From: Raja brachyura
Lineage: Eukaryota
Assembly: GCA_963514005.1 (NCBI GenBank)
Contig: OY740790.1
Span: 51,832,001-51,896,000, forward strand
Length of the DNA stretch: 64,000 nucleotides
Direction of reading: 5' to 3'
Shown: positions 1 through 12,400 of the stretch, in pieces
Layout of the letters: every line of letters starts with the position of its first letter
How positions within the stretch are numbered: the stretch's first letter is position 1
Notes under the pieces: model-generated
The model's input: the letters and a program-made list of their open reading frames with translations, nothing else
Told to the model about the DNA's origin: nothing
The model's database searches: none
Program-made: the position numbers and the translations under genes

Positions 1-329
1 AATATGATTTTGTGCTCTGTGTAACCCCAGGACTGGTTTGAGCAATTTTGTGAATAGTCTGGGAGTCAAAGTTAATCCGTTAGGCAAAGCTTTAAACTGC
101 CAGAACTGACCCATCCAGTTAAACTTAAAAAAAATTCTGTGCTGCTCATGAATGGCCACTGAATAGTAAGCATCTTTGAGATCAATGCATGCCATATAAC
201 ATCCCCTGGAAAGCAGTTGTTTAGCTGTAACAAACGTTTCCATTTTGAAATGTTTACACTGCACAAAAGTGTTAAGATCTGTCAAATCTAAAATAATTCT
301 ACATCCTCAGTCCTTTTATGGCCCCATTT

Positions 330-2021
330 GACACAAATTGATAAGACTCACACCTTGCCCTTTCAATTACACCTTTTTTAAACAAAGACTCTAGCTCTTT
401 TTGTGCACGAACACACTCCTGTTGTGAGAACACAAACTTACGGCCAGGTGTGTACTGAGTATGTGGAGGCCAGTCAGAAATAAACACAATTTGAAAACCT
501 TGAATACTATGCAGTATAAACAGGTTAAATGTTATCCACTGCCATTCATGTAAGAAAAATTGCAATCTCCCCCCAAATTGTAATATATCCATTGCAGTCG
601 CACCTACCTTAGGATTTACTGGCGGTAACGTCGCTGCTTCTGCCCCCGAGGTCTGGGGAGTAGGACTGCTGGAGGTCGCCACATATTGAACATGGCCTGG
701 CTCGCGCCCTGCCCTAAAAAAGGCCTCTGTGTAGTTTGCTCCACACTTCGTCCACCATACCCAGTGAACTGTTTTGCAGGCCCCTGAGGGTAGGGATACA
801 GTCTGCGAAAAGACAACCCCTTTGGAGGCACCTTGATGAGCCCCACAGTCTTAGACTCCTCGTCCAAATCTTTCACCTGTTTCCTCAGGTTTTCTCCAAA
901 TTGGAGGTCTGGGGGTTGAACTGTCCCCGATTTACAAAGTCCAGCAAATTTAGGATTAATGGTAGGACGGATGGCATTTTTATGAATACAATTAATTTCA
1001 AAATGTGCATTGCACATTAATGCGTCCTCCTGAGTCTCTGAGAGAGGCGCCCCCTCCACTGACCTTGCAAAGGCCGTGATGCCCGAGGCGAGTAGCCGGA
1101 GTACCTTCTGTAATTTAAACTCCTGGGCTCTGACGCCCCCTCCAATGTTCCCCCATATAGATTGGTTTATGGGGACACTCAGTGAGGCACAGTTCTGTGG
1201 AATATTGCACCTGGCAGTGGTCTCCTCCATCGTCTGTTCTTGCAGAGGATGGGAAGCCATATAATTAATATTCTCGGCGAGCTCTGTGTCCAATGGCTCG
1301 CCGGTGAGGGCTGGGACCGCAAATCTGGATGCTATGGCCAATCCACCGGATGGTCCCTCTAGCCCAACTGTGCCTCTGTACTCTGGGTCATCATAGCTCT
1401 GACCTCGTACGCTCCCTTCATCAGCAGGGAGATATCACGCAGCCCTGTCACAGGCGCTGCTGCCTAGGGTACAATAAACTCCCCGGGCTCCGATAGCTCC
1501 TTCCTCTGGAGCGTATTGTGCTGGAGTAACCTCTCCACAAGGCTCTCCAGCTGGGCCAGCCTGCCGGTAACCCTGCCCTGAGGAGGGAACTCGCCCACCT
1601 CCTCCTGGCCTGACTCCTCAGAGTCCAGGGCCCTTACAGACTTCCTAGTGGCTTTCTACCCCCGTGGAGTAGCCAAGGTGCCTTCCCGCACAAAGTCTGT
1701 GGCTGCTGGCTGCTCTACCAGCAGCTCTTTAGGTGAAATCGGCGGTCACACGCTGCCCGTAGGCCCGTAGTCTTCCGCAGCCGTTTTGGTTGCGGCTCGC
1801 CTCTTCACCTTCAACATATTTGTAGAAACACGATACAAATGTACTCCAAACCCGGAGCAACGATTCCAGCAAAGCTATTTGAAAAAAACCTTTTAAACTT
1901 ACCTGCTGGAAGGAACGATGTGCCTGCCAGTCGGTCGTTGCGCAATGCGTCAGACGTAATGACGCGCATGCATGGGGACGGCCTTCTTCACGTAGTCACT
2001 CACGTGACTCCGAAGTAAAAT
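330..2021 (-). mobile_element. 3'-truncated DIRS1-like copy (5' terminus, gag and start of RT)
   Basis: Terminus TCTTCACGTAGTCACTCACGTGACTCCGAAGTAAAAT ends at 2021. Gag ORF 616-1341 (ENINYMASHPLQE, NAIRPTINPKFAGLCK). RT start GGRLQFF...YQFVSN, after which homology stops. Confidence 0.93.
616..1341 (-). pseudogene. DIRS gag-like ORF remnant
   Basis: Aligns by eye with the Gag portion of the 1056-aa ORF; the upstream part is disrupted. Confidence 0.85.
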
Positions 2022-3604
2022 GCAATGGATCCCACCATCATATGGAGTGAGGAGAAATAATTTTAAAATGTTAATAAAATAATATGTTGATTGTTCCAAA
2101 GAACAAAATAAAAGGTTGATAGTCCTGAAATTCTTGAGGATCTTTAAATGCATAGCAAATGATGCAATACATATTGGAAGATAGACACAAAATGTTGGAA
2201 TAACTCAGCAAGTCAGGCAGCTTCTCTGGAGAAAAGGAATAGGTGACGTTCTTCAGACAATACATGTTACCTGGGTCAGTTTCATTTGAAGTTACAGGGA
2301 ATGACAGAGAAAGAATTGTGCAAGTAAATGTCACGATTCTCAGGCTTTCTGGATGAATATGGATGGAAACTATGCAGTAGCTTAACATGAAAGCATGATC
2401 CCCCTCTCACATCCAAAACCCTCACCCCGGCACTTCAAGAAAGCTTTAACTAATGACATATGTGAGCATGTCAGGCGGAATCCCTGACTGCAACTCAATT
2501 AGAAATGGGCCCGTCACACTAACGTGAAGCCTGCTCCAGCATTGAAGCTCATAGTGTTTCTGAAATGCATATTCATAGTACAAAATTGCAGCAACACCAT
2601 GAATTCTTCATTCGACATGGTACAAAAAACTGTCATGCACAAAATATGTTATAAGAGGTGTAATCACAAAGAAGTTTAAAAAGGTTTGATATTATTCCGA
2701 ATATTCGAACAAACCTTTGCAAAAGTACTGTTCTTCTTCCCCGTGTCTGGCCATCTTCTATATCACGTCTTTCCGGTCGGTCAGTGACGGTTGACGGTCG
2801 GTGGTTGCAGATTTGGCTACTTCAGTCAGTCACTGTGGTACAGTTTCTGTCGTCAGCATTGCCCGGGATGGGCCACGTGGAGGCTTCTGCTTGCATCCCA
2901 AAGGTACTGTAAAAGTGTACTGACTAGTTGCATCATCGCCTGCAATTCCAATGCACAGGAACACAAGAAGTTTCATAGACTCAGTCTGGTCCATCACTAG
3001 CACAGCTCTCCCCTCCATGGAAAGCATCTAAATAGGGTTTCTTCCCTTCTGTTATCAGACCTCTGAGTGGTCCTTCCATAAGCTTAGAGTACTGTCCAAT
3101 TCACCTGAGGGGCAACTTTTTCACACAGATGGTGGTGGGTATATTGAACGAGCTGCCAAATGAGGTAGTTGAGGCAGGTACTATGACAACATTTAGTGGA
3201 TATGGGGTAAAAAACAAGGGGCTGGTGGACCTAGCATTGATGGTGCATCTTGGCCGGCAGGGGCACGTTGAGCTGAAAAGCCTGTTTCTGTGCTGCATGC
3301 TGCTGACTCTGTTGCTGCAGCTTGGTCTCTCAACAATTTATATTGCAAAGACCTTAATTTGTCTACCTGCGGTCCTTTTAATTCCAAAGTTGCATTGGCA
3401 GTGGATTTAATCCACAAAAGAAATTAGTTAGCTTGATTATCTATTCATTTTGGTGGTTTATGAATAAATAGTTAGCTGGGAGTATTGAACCAGCTTGTGG
3501 CAGTGCTGGTATTTTATCCACTGAAAAGTACATTTGAATTCAGACTAGATTGAGCTTCCTCGTACTGGTGGTCAAAAGGAATTTAAGTACAATGGCTTTA
3601 TCCT

Positions 3605-3690
3605 CTCTGAAGAAGGGTCTCGACCCGAAACATCACCCATTCCTTCTGTCCCACCGAGTTACTCCTGCATTTTGTGTCTGTCTTTGGCTT
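3605..3690 (+). mobile_element. Penelope-like terminal repeat fragment with hammerhead core
   Basis: CTGAAGAAGGGTCTCGACCCGAAACATC at 3607-3634 (ACGT to ACAT, CpG decay). Confidence 0.75.
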
Positions 3691-4728
3691 TATCCTCTTT
3701 CCAGTCTGTTTCTGCTCATTACAAAAGGCAGAATCCACCACTCTGCCTATAGACTTGGTGGAATTTTTGTTTGACCTGGTGCGTTTGTACGAGTCAGTTA
3801 ATGAGAATATTTCGGGAATCCTCCAGGCAAAAGAGAAGTTGGAAACATCAGCCTAAGGCGGAGGAGGGGGAAGGCGGAAGGGAAACGATGTGCAGCGATG
3901 GATTGAAATTTCACCAAAATATGAGGAAGAGAACAGGTTGGTGGTATGAATGCAAAAACACAGGCAGGAAGAGTAGGACGGGGGCGTCATGCTCCCACTT
4001 AACTTGATGCAGTTATGCATTTGTAGCTACAGGATTTTTGAATGAGGCGGTGAACTACTTTGGCATAGGTAGGGAGGGGGATGCTGGCAAGGGAAGGAGC
4101 TCTGGTCCACTGCTGGGAGGCCGTTGCCAATTTCAAATTCCTTTCTTCCTTGGAGATTATGGTTGGCTCTGAAGTAACACTGCACATACTTAACGGATCA
4201 TTCAGTTTCCCTGATAAGTCCCATGATCGTTGGAAAGAAAAGGATTTTAAAGGACTGGAAAAGATAGTTTTATGCTGATGGCCTGTTCCAACGTCTATAC
4301 AGAGCATTCTTAAGCACTGTAGTTCAGCAGCTCTCTTTGCAACAATGTTTCCACCTTTATAGTGATAAAACTAATTAGATGTTAGATAAGCAAAACAACT
4401 CCAAACAATTGTCACTTATGATTTGAGTTATTTCACAGTTCCGAGTGTCCAGTGAAGCTACACTTTAAAGGAAAGTTGGCTTTCAATGGGGTTCAAGGCT
4501 GTTGGGTTGATTCAGTCAACTGTACGCTCTATGAGCAACTCCTTTTTAAGTTGTTTTTATAAATACTTTTCTATTTCTGCAGCATATGCTCAATCCATTC
4601 CATTTAGGGTTAAAATTACTGTACAATATAATCATCCTATGGTATAGTGCCCAGAACAATACACAGCAATGAAAGTAAATGTTCACTAGTATTGTTTTCC
4701 CCACCTGGGACTTGTTCTTCGAGCCCAA

Positions 4729-5119
4729 AGGGCCTGTCCCACAAGGCGATTTTTTAGGTGACTGTCGGCGACTGTCATAGTCGGAGCAGGTCACCGAAAA
4801 GCCGGCGACTGGACTAATAGGCCTGTCCCACTTAGGTGACTTTTTAGGTGGCTGCCAGTGACTACGACAATGGAATTCACCGAAGTCTGCACCGGCGACA
4901 ACCTACGCCATCCTGCCGACAACCTACGACAGCACCTACGTCACGAGAGGACAAGCTACGACAAGCCCACAGTCACCGACTGTCGCTGAAAAGTTTTGAA
5001 CATTTCAAAATCCAGCAGCAACCAGAAAAACGTGGCTGAGGAGACTACTCACGACCATACAGGTGATACCCCTAGACCCCAGCCTAGTCGCCGGCAGTCG
5101 CCTAAGTCAGACAGGCCCT
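4729..5119. mobile_element. PIF/Harbinger-type MITE, family B, with duplicated left end
   Basis: Starts AGGGCCTGTCCCAC and ends ACAGGCCCT; flanks CAA/TAA; second left-end copy at about 4819; internal CGACAACCTACG repeats. Confidence 0.8.
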
Positions 5120-5639
5120 TAAAACTCCACAGCACGTCTTCTGTTTTCCTTTTAAATAGTACATTGTTGGTTTAGGGGATTTTCTGACAAATGCTGAAAT
5201 GCTTGTGTGTTTCACTGCCACTTTGCTGTAGTTTTGTTTGTTCACCACTGTGTCCTTCTGACATTTTGCTCACCATCAACCTCATTCTGTTTGCTCCACC
5301 AGTACTCGAAACTCACCCATTCCTCCTTCCAGAGATGCTGCCTGTCCCGCTGAGTTACTCCAGCTTTTTGTGTCTTTCTTCGGTTTCAACCAGCATCTGC
5401 TGTTCCTTCCTATACACTCATTCACCTGTTTTAGTTTAGTTTAGTTTATTGTCGTCACGTGTACCGAGACACTGTGAAAAGCTTTTCTTTGCATGCTATC
5501 AATCAGGTAAAAGACTAGACATGAATACAGTCAAGCCGTCCATGGTGCAAAGATAAAGGATACAACATGGTGTGAGGACCAGGAAAAAGCATCGTTCCAA
5601 TCCATTGAATTGTTCACACACCTGGATCATCTCGACAAA

Positions 5640-7092
5640 AGAGAACAGTGAATGAGGGATGAAAGATTGCATTTCCTAAAGAAATGTGTGGAGGAGTGCG
5701 TTTCCATGAACACCATCCGTGTGCTCCCCAACAAGAAGCCATGGATGAACCAGGAGTTCCCCATTCTTCTGAGGACCACAACTCGGGCATTCAAGTCTGG
5801 CAATGCAGAGTCATACTAGAAGTCCAGATACAACTTTGATCGGGCCTTCGAAAAGGCAAAAATGGACTTTCATTCTAAACTGGAGGATGAGGCAGGCATT
5901 CGGCAGCGGTGGCAGGGCTTGCACGCCATCACTTCCTGCAAAGCGAAAGCAGGGTCAGCTCAAGCGACAGTGATGCATCATTCCCAGACAAGCATTTGAC
6001 GCATGCTTTAGCAGAGAGAACACTGATGTGCCATCCTGGTGGTATTATAATCTTAGTCACAGAGGCCAACATCAGATGATCCTTCAGGAAGGCGAACCCT
6101 CGGAAAATGTTTGGACCTGATCGTATACCTAGTCACATTCTTGAAACCTGTGCAGAGCAATTGGCTGGAGTTTTTGCGGACATCTTCAACCTCTCATTAT
6201 TGAGGTCCAAGGTTCCCACCTGCTTTATAAGGGCATCAATAATAATCAATAATAATCATCAATAAAAGGGCTCGAGAAGAGCAAGGAGAAATGCCTCAAT
6301 GAATACTGACCTGTGGCACTAACATCCATGGTGATGAAGTGCTTTGAGAGCTTGGATATGGCACATATCAACTCCAACCTCAACAAGAGCCTGGACTCCC
6401 AACAAATACCTACCACCTCAACAGGTCAACAGAGGATGTAATCTCACTAGCTCTCCACACTGCACTGGACCACTTGGAAAATAAAAACACATACGTCAGG
6501 CTGTTGTTCATAAACTACAACACAACACAACACAATCATCCCCTCCTAGCTGGTTAACAACTGGGCCGAGGATGTCCTGGTTGGGTTGCTCCTGGGCCTG
6601 GCCAAGCTGGGTCAAGGCGCCAGGTGGAAGAGGACTCTGCCCGAGCCGGCTGCTTGCCCCTTTTCCAGGGTTACGTTTGTGCCCGGGTGGTGTTAGAGAG
6701 GGACTACGCGCTGTCCATGGGCACCCTGGGGGGTTTCCGGGACCGCTGGGCACCGCGGGGTTTGAATGCATCAAGAAGTGTAAGATAGTTGTATAATAGT
6801 TTGTCCTTTGTTGTGTTTTATGGTGGTGGGTTCTGTTTTGTTTTTACTCTACTGTATATATTATTTTAATATTTGAATAAATATTTTTGTTAAAATAAAA
6901 GCTGGTTAACAACTGTGTCTCTGCACATCCCTCTGCAACTGGATCCTCGACTCCCTCATCAACAGACCACTATCTGTACCAATTGGCAGCAACACTTTCT
7001 TCTGAATCACCATGAATAGAGGAGCACCACAAGGGTGTGTGCTCAGCCCTCTGCTCTACTCACTCTATACCTATGACTGTGTAGCCGGACAG
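5640..7092 (+). mobile_element. Rex1/Babar-type LINE fragment (RT region), degenerate
   Basis: PNKKPWM, CAEQLAGVFADIFNLSL, PVALTSMVMKCFE, YVRLLF, GAPQGCVLSPLLYSLYTYDC. Confidence 0.88.
6564..6899 (+). mobile_element. 5'-truncated L1/Tx1-like LINE 3' end nested in the Rex1 fragment
   Basis: 16-bp TSD AGCTGGTTAACAACTG (6548-6563, 6900-6915), AATAAA plus A-rich tail, and an FRDRW-type ORF end. Clade assignment is tentative. Confidence 0.75.
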
Positions 7093-7999
7093 TTTTGGGA
7101 CATATGCCAGTAAAACGCTCTTGACTCAACTGAGGGAGAACAGCCAAATTTCACATGATTGAAGGACAGCACTGACCACATTTCCCCGGTCACTCTGTGC
7201 AGAATCCTGGTCCCAATGTAATCCAGAGTTCCAAGCATAACATTTTATTTCGTTCAGCTGTACTTCCATATCAAAATCCAGCCACGTATTTCTGCCCGTG
7301 GAGAGATAATCTCACTCAGGGAATGAAAACATTCATCTGATTAATAATACAAATAAAATCTCTGATATCAAGTTTCAAATTAAAAAAATAAAGTTTGATC
7401 AGCCGGACTGCAATTTCTGAGGTATATTTGTTGAACTATGACAACGTCTTTGTCCAAAAAGGCAAAATTTATGTTAAAGGAAATAAGTAGAAAAGTGTTT
7501 TTGTTATTTCAAGTTCAGACTCTATCTACAGTAAACAATATACCTTCACAGAGAACCGTAATCCTTTTTTGGGAATATTTGTGGATTTGAGATCTTTTGA
7601 ATTTCAAGAACACGTTCACATCTCAAATTCAATGGGAACAATGAAAAAAAAAGGTTATGAGAGGGACGATGTCCCAATTTTTTAACTGAACAAATAAAAA
7701 TATATAGTTATACTTTTATCTTGACTTAAATATCTCCACATATTTTGGCTCTGGGATGTTTTTGTTTAGCCCACAATGTGTCCCATTAGTCAAATTATTC
7801 TGAGCTGCATTATTGCCTTCCAAATTGTTAGACAAATGAGCGCAAGGATTAAGGGGTTGAACAGGGATTATGCAGAAAGGCAACAAGTTTTCTGCAAAAT
7901 GTTTTTTTTTAATTATTTATTTTGGAAGACTTTTGTTTCTCTGGCAAGTCCAACATTTATTGCCTATTCCTCAATGCCCTTGAAAGAATGGTTGTGAGC

Positions 8000-8221
8000 C
8001 AAAGATAGGCACAAAAAGCTGGAGTAACTCAGCGGGACAGGCAGCATCGCTGGAGAGAAGGAAAGGGTGACGTTTCGGGTCGAGACCCTTCTTCAGACAC
8101 TCTCTCGACCCAAAATGTCACCCATTCCTTCTCTCCAGAGATGCTATCTGTTCCGCTGATTTACTCCAGATTTTTTTGTCTATCTTCGGTTTGCACCAGC
8201 ATCTGCAGTTCCTTCTTACAC
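8000..8221. mobile_element. Penelope-like terminal repeat, inverted (palindromic) pair
   Basis: 8001-8085 is the reverse complement of about 8104-8186; same repeat as the 3' part of 11205-11625. Confidence 0.85.
8066..8098 (-). ncRNA. Minimal type I hammerhead ribozyme core (PLE-associated)
   Basis: Minus strand reads GU-CUGAAGA-A-GGGUC-UC-GACCC-GAAA-C-GUC-AC: both conserved boxes, stem II, palindromic ACGU stem III and a GUC triplet. Confidence 0.75.
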
Positions 8222-11204
8222 ATGGTTGTGAGCCACATTGTTGAGCCAATAAAATCAACCTGGTGAGGTACTGCCACCACACTGTCTGGTTAGAAATTCC
8301 AGCACTTCAGACCAAGTGACAATGAAGAAAGCAACCAAAAAATCCAGGCCAGAATGATTTCTGATGTGAAAATATCTTGGTTGCTCTATGCTAAGGGAAA
8401 AACCGAACGGGAGAAATTGAATTGCATAGTGCCAAATTTAAGCATTATGCAGCCTACTGCTGCTAGACAAAGGGTGAAAGGTATGTCCTCACAGTTCTGA
8501 ACACTGTGATATATCATAAATTTACATAAATGGAAGTTTAAAGCACCATAATAAGCTTTTGTGACATATCATTAAACACAAGCCTCCAGGCATGCCACAG
8601 CAAACAACCACCACAATCTCCAGTATGGCGTCAGAATAAAGATGTGCGAGCTCTCCAGTTCCTGATGTATCGTACTGCTCCCACTGTACGATAATGGGGA
8701 GTCTATCAGTAGATTTCTTCATGTGTTTGGGTAATGAGCAACAGTCATGGTGACACCCAGTACAGTAACCATACCTCCACAGTATTATAATGAACGGTGT
8801 TGATGAGGGCCAGTTAACGTGAAGATTGGCTTATTGTCTTCCACTGCCTATTTACAACGGTACAGAATTGGAATGTCCCACTGTCACTGTCAACCACTGT
8901 CATTGGTTGTTACAATGTTAAATAGAGTATCACAACACAAGTATCAATAGAAGCAATTACTTGTCAGTTTCCAAAGCAACTCCCTTAAACGTCCTCACGC
9001 AATGCAGCTGGCAAACTGTGTTCTTAAGGGGCAATGGTGCCTGACTATTACATTGAGGTTAAAGGTATATTTCCAAGGCTGGTTCTTGTTTGGATTTAAT
9101 GATATTTCTGTTAGATCGTTTGTATGTACAGTTGTCCATAAGTTGGGCAATTATATCCTAGGGTGGGTCCGTAGCTGGCAGTGTGTGCAAACTCTGAATT
9201 GTGTGGGTAAGGCTTCCAACAATCCTAGGTGTGTAAGGTGAGGCAAACAAATGTGCCGTAGAAATGAGAATGTTGATCGGGTGAAAGTTGGTAAGATACA
9301 CCGCAAAATTATTAATTCACCCTCAATATCGGTTTATTCAAATTCTTTCCCTTCTGTATTTGTCCCGCAGTACAAATACTGCTATTTTGCTGCTACTTGT
9401 TCACGTGCTCTCTTGAACATGTTGGGAGGGTCTCATGCCCCAAAGCAAATTCAGGCATATCCCCTTCAAACCACCTACTCCACCAAGCAATCCAATGCAC
9501 TCTCTGAAACTTTTGCTTACCCATTTACATTTCTCAAGCTATTGCATTACGGACTCATTCGATAACACTTACTCCCAGCAAATGTTGTATCCACAATGCA
9601 ACTTTAAGAGGTGCAGGCAGCCTTTCAATGGCACTAGCAACTTACATTATTGCACTCGCTGCTGTTATGTAAGTGAAGATTGTGGCCGACCTCAACTTCA
9701 CACACAAATCATTAAAAGTAAAAGCAACATGAATTTAGAATGCTGTCTGCAACGTAACGAAAAGACACAGGTTAATTTCATCCATTATCCCCTTGGCTCT
9801 TTTCATTGTCCAGCCAACTTCTCCTTGCGAGATATCTAATGGAAAATACACACACCTGGAGGCTTTCCTACCAATTTCCCAATTTGTTCTGCATGTCTTA
9901 GCATTAGCAATTCTTATTCCATTCTATGAATGCAATGAAGGGAGTACTTGACTCCATGTAAAGTAAACTGTCTCTATAGTCTTATATCAGATTTTAAAAA
10001 GGATAGGTAAATGCTTGCCAATTGTAGTATTTATACTTTTGCAAATTTGGGTTTCAGCAGGGAATAACATGTTCTGATGCTTGGTGATTTACAACACAAA
10101 ATGGGGTTAACGCTGTCTCTTAGTGCATATCTTTCCAGAAATATATCAAACGCAGAGGTAAAATTTAGGTGCACTAATATTGGAAACATGTCCAGAGCCA
10201 CATAGCTTCTGGAGCAATAGAGATGTCCTCAGCAGCCCTATAAAAATTGTTGCAGAGAGTCTTAACGCTTGATTTAGTACTCAAACTGTAGGCATCCAGC
10301 CAACTGTGTTCAGGATTTCCAGGTTTACAAGCAGCCTGACCTATATGCTTAAAAATTAAACCCATTTGCATATTTTTGTGCATAAATTGTGCATTAAAAT
10401 AATTTGTGCTTGTTTTGGATTGTATGTGCTCATTTACACCCAACAGAACATTGGAAAGGGCATATCCTGTCACAATTCGCCCTAATACTGGATTCATTTC
10501 TCATTGCGTGGTTCATTCAGAGTCTACAATTTACTGTTCTTATAAACTATGCACAGTAGGATTATGCTAAAAAATGTGAAATAATGTGAGCGAATTAAAG
10601 TGAACGCCCACTGGAATATTGACTTTATATGCTAAAACAAAGCTCTACTTTTAATGCCAGCAGCTCCCTTAAAAAAAACCCCATGAGATCTGTGAGCTGT
10701 TATGTGTGAAACTTTCCGTGGAGATTTTAAAAATGCTGTCTAATGCATTAGCTTATGAGTGACACAGCAGCTGACTGTTCAGCAAATATTTGCCATCTAT
10801 GAACCTTTCATGGCAAGTTTTATTGCTCTTATAGTGAATCAAAGCACGATAATGATTTCTTAAAGCAAAAATGTCCCAATTTTATTTTTTATTTTTTGTT
10901 AATCTTGAATTTGATGTGAGCACTATACACATCATCCACTGAGCCCCTGGATATTCAAATACGCCTCAAGTCTAGTTTCTAGTCAATGGTCTTAAGAAAG
11001 TGGCATCAAAGAGAAGCTTTGTAAGAAACAAATATCCTGATATTAAGGCAGGGCGAATGAGCCAAACCGTAGATTGTTTCTCACACCAGATTTATTTTTG
11101 ACAATGACTGTCCTTGCTCCCACCTGTGAGTTACAAGTTACCTCTGAATCTACATCTACTATTCACTTTTTGATGAAGCTTTATTTGTAGGACTGGCAGA
11201 ACAA

Positions 11205-11625
11205 TCAGAGTGAGGCCCAGCGCAAGTTGGAGGAACAGCATCTCATATTTTGCTTGGTCATATTTTACACCTCAGCGGTATGAATATTGACTTCTCTAAC
11301 TTCAAGTAACCCTTGCTTTCCCTCTCTTTCCATCTCTTCCCCTTCCCAGTTCTCACACCAGTCTGACCGTCCCTGATTACGTTTTAGCTCTGTTTGCATT
11401 GTTGTCACCTTCTCCTAGCTAACAATAATCTCTTCTACATCTTCCTTCAACTTGAACTCTTTTGATGTCTCGTTTTACGCACGTTACCCTTCCTTATCTC
11501 TGTGTCTCCCTCTCCACCTGTCTCATTCTGAAGAAGAGTCTCGACCTGAAAACTCACCCATTCCTTCTATCCAGAGACGCTGCCAGTCCCACTGGGTTAC
11601 GCCAGCATTTTGTGTCTATCTTCAG
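11205..11625 (+). mobile_element. Penelope-like element 3' end: GIY-YIG endonuclease C-terminus plus terminal repeat with degenerate hammerhead core
   Basis: Translation QSEAQRKLEEQHLIFCL...SGMNIDFSNFK* (one frameshift), followed by CTGAAGAAGAGTCTCGACCTGAAAACTC. Confidence 0.85.
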
Positions 11626-12036
11626 CTGTCATCGTAACAGCAACCTCCTTAACCACAAACAGTACTGGGATTGTAATGTGTGAATAATGTGTTATTAGAA
11701 ACAAATCTGTCTTCCATTCATTTAGCTTAGTTTAGATTAATTTATTGTCATGTGTATCGAGGTCTAGTGAAACGCTTCTGTTGCGTGCTAACCGGACAAT
11801 GGAAAGACAATAGTGAGATTAAACGAGAACTTACCTGTTCGAAGTTTGATCTTTATTTTATGAGGAGTTACGATGAGGGATTACGTGAAGAAGACCCCGC
11901 CTGGCGCTGGAACGGCATACTTCAAAGCAGCGGCATGAAAAACACAGAACCAAATAGCCGGAGTAAAATAGTAAGGCTCAAAATAGACTAGAACTACCAG
12001 ATGATCATTTATATTATGAGGGTTGGGAGTGGAGGG

Positions 12037-12149
12037 CACGTAATCCCTCATCGTAACTCCTCATAAAATAAAGATCAAACTTCGAACAGGTAAGTTCTCG
12101 TTTAATCTCACTATTTTACTTCGGAGTCACGTGAGTGACTACGTGAAGA
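12037..12149 (-). repeat. Internal complementary region (ICR) of the intact DIRS
   Basis: 12037-12115 is the exact reverse complement of 11809-11887, and 12112-12149 is the exact reverse complement of 16690-16727. The two parts overlap at TATT. Confidence 0.95.
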
Positions 12150-12400
12150 TTTTAAAGCCCTGTGTTTTCCATGTCGTAAACTCATTTCATACGACTCTCT
12201 GTTTGGTCAAAACAGTAGTGAGTAAAAATATTTTAACACATTGTTATATTTTATGTAATAAGTCCTTTAATTATAAAAAAGAACAACTTTTTTAAAATAA
12301 GAACCCCTCTATTGCAGGGGAAAATTACAACAATTGATAAATGATGTAAATGGTAACATAAATCGATAATATAAATCGATAATATAAACAAAGCAAGCAT

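Noticed and set aside
11809-12180. Hammerhead ribozyme in the DIRS termini
   Set aside because: No CUGANGA/GAAA core arrangement was seen on either strand.
12358-12388. ATAAATCGATAAT tandem duplication after the YR stop
   Set aside because: Short local slippage, absent from the third copy.
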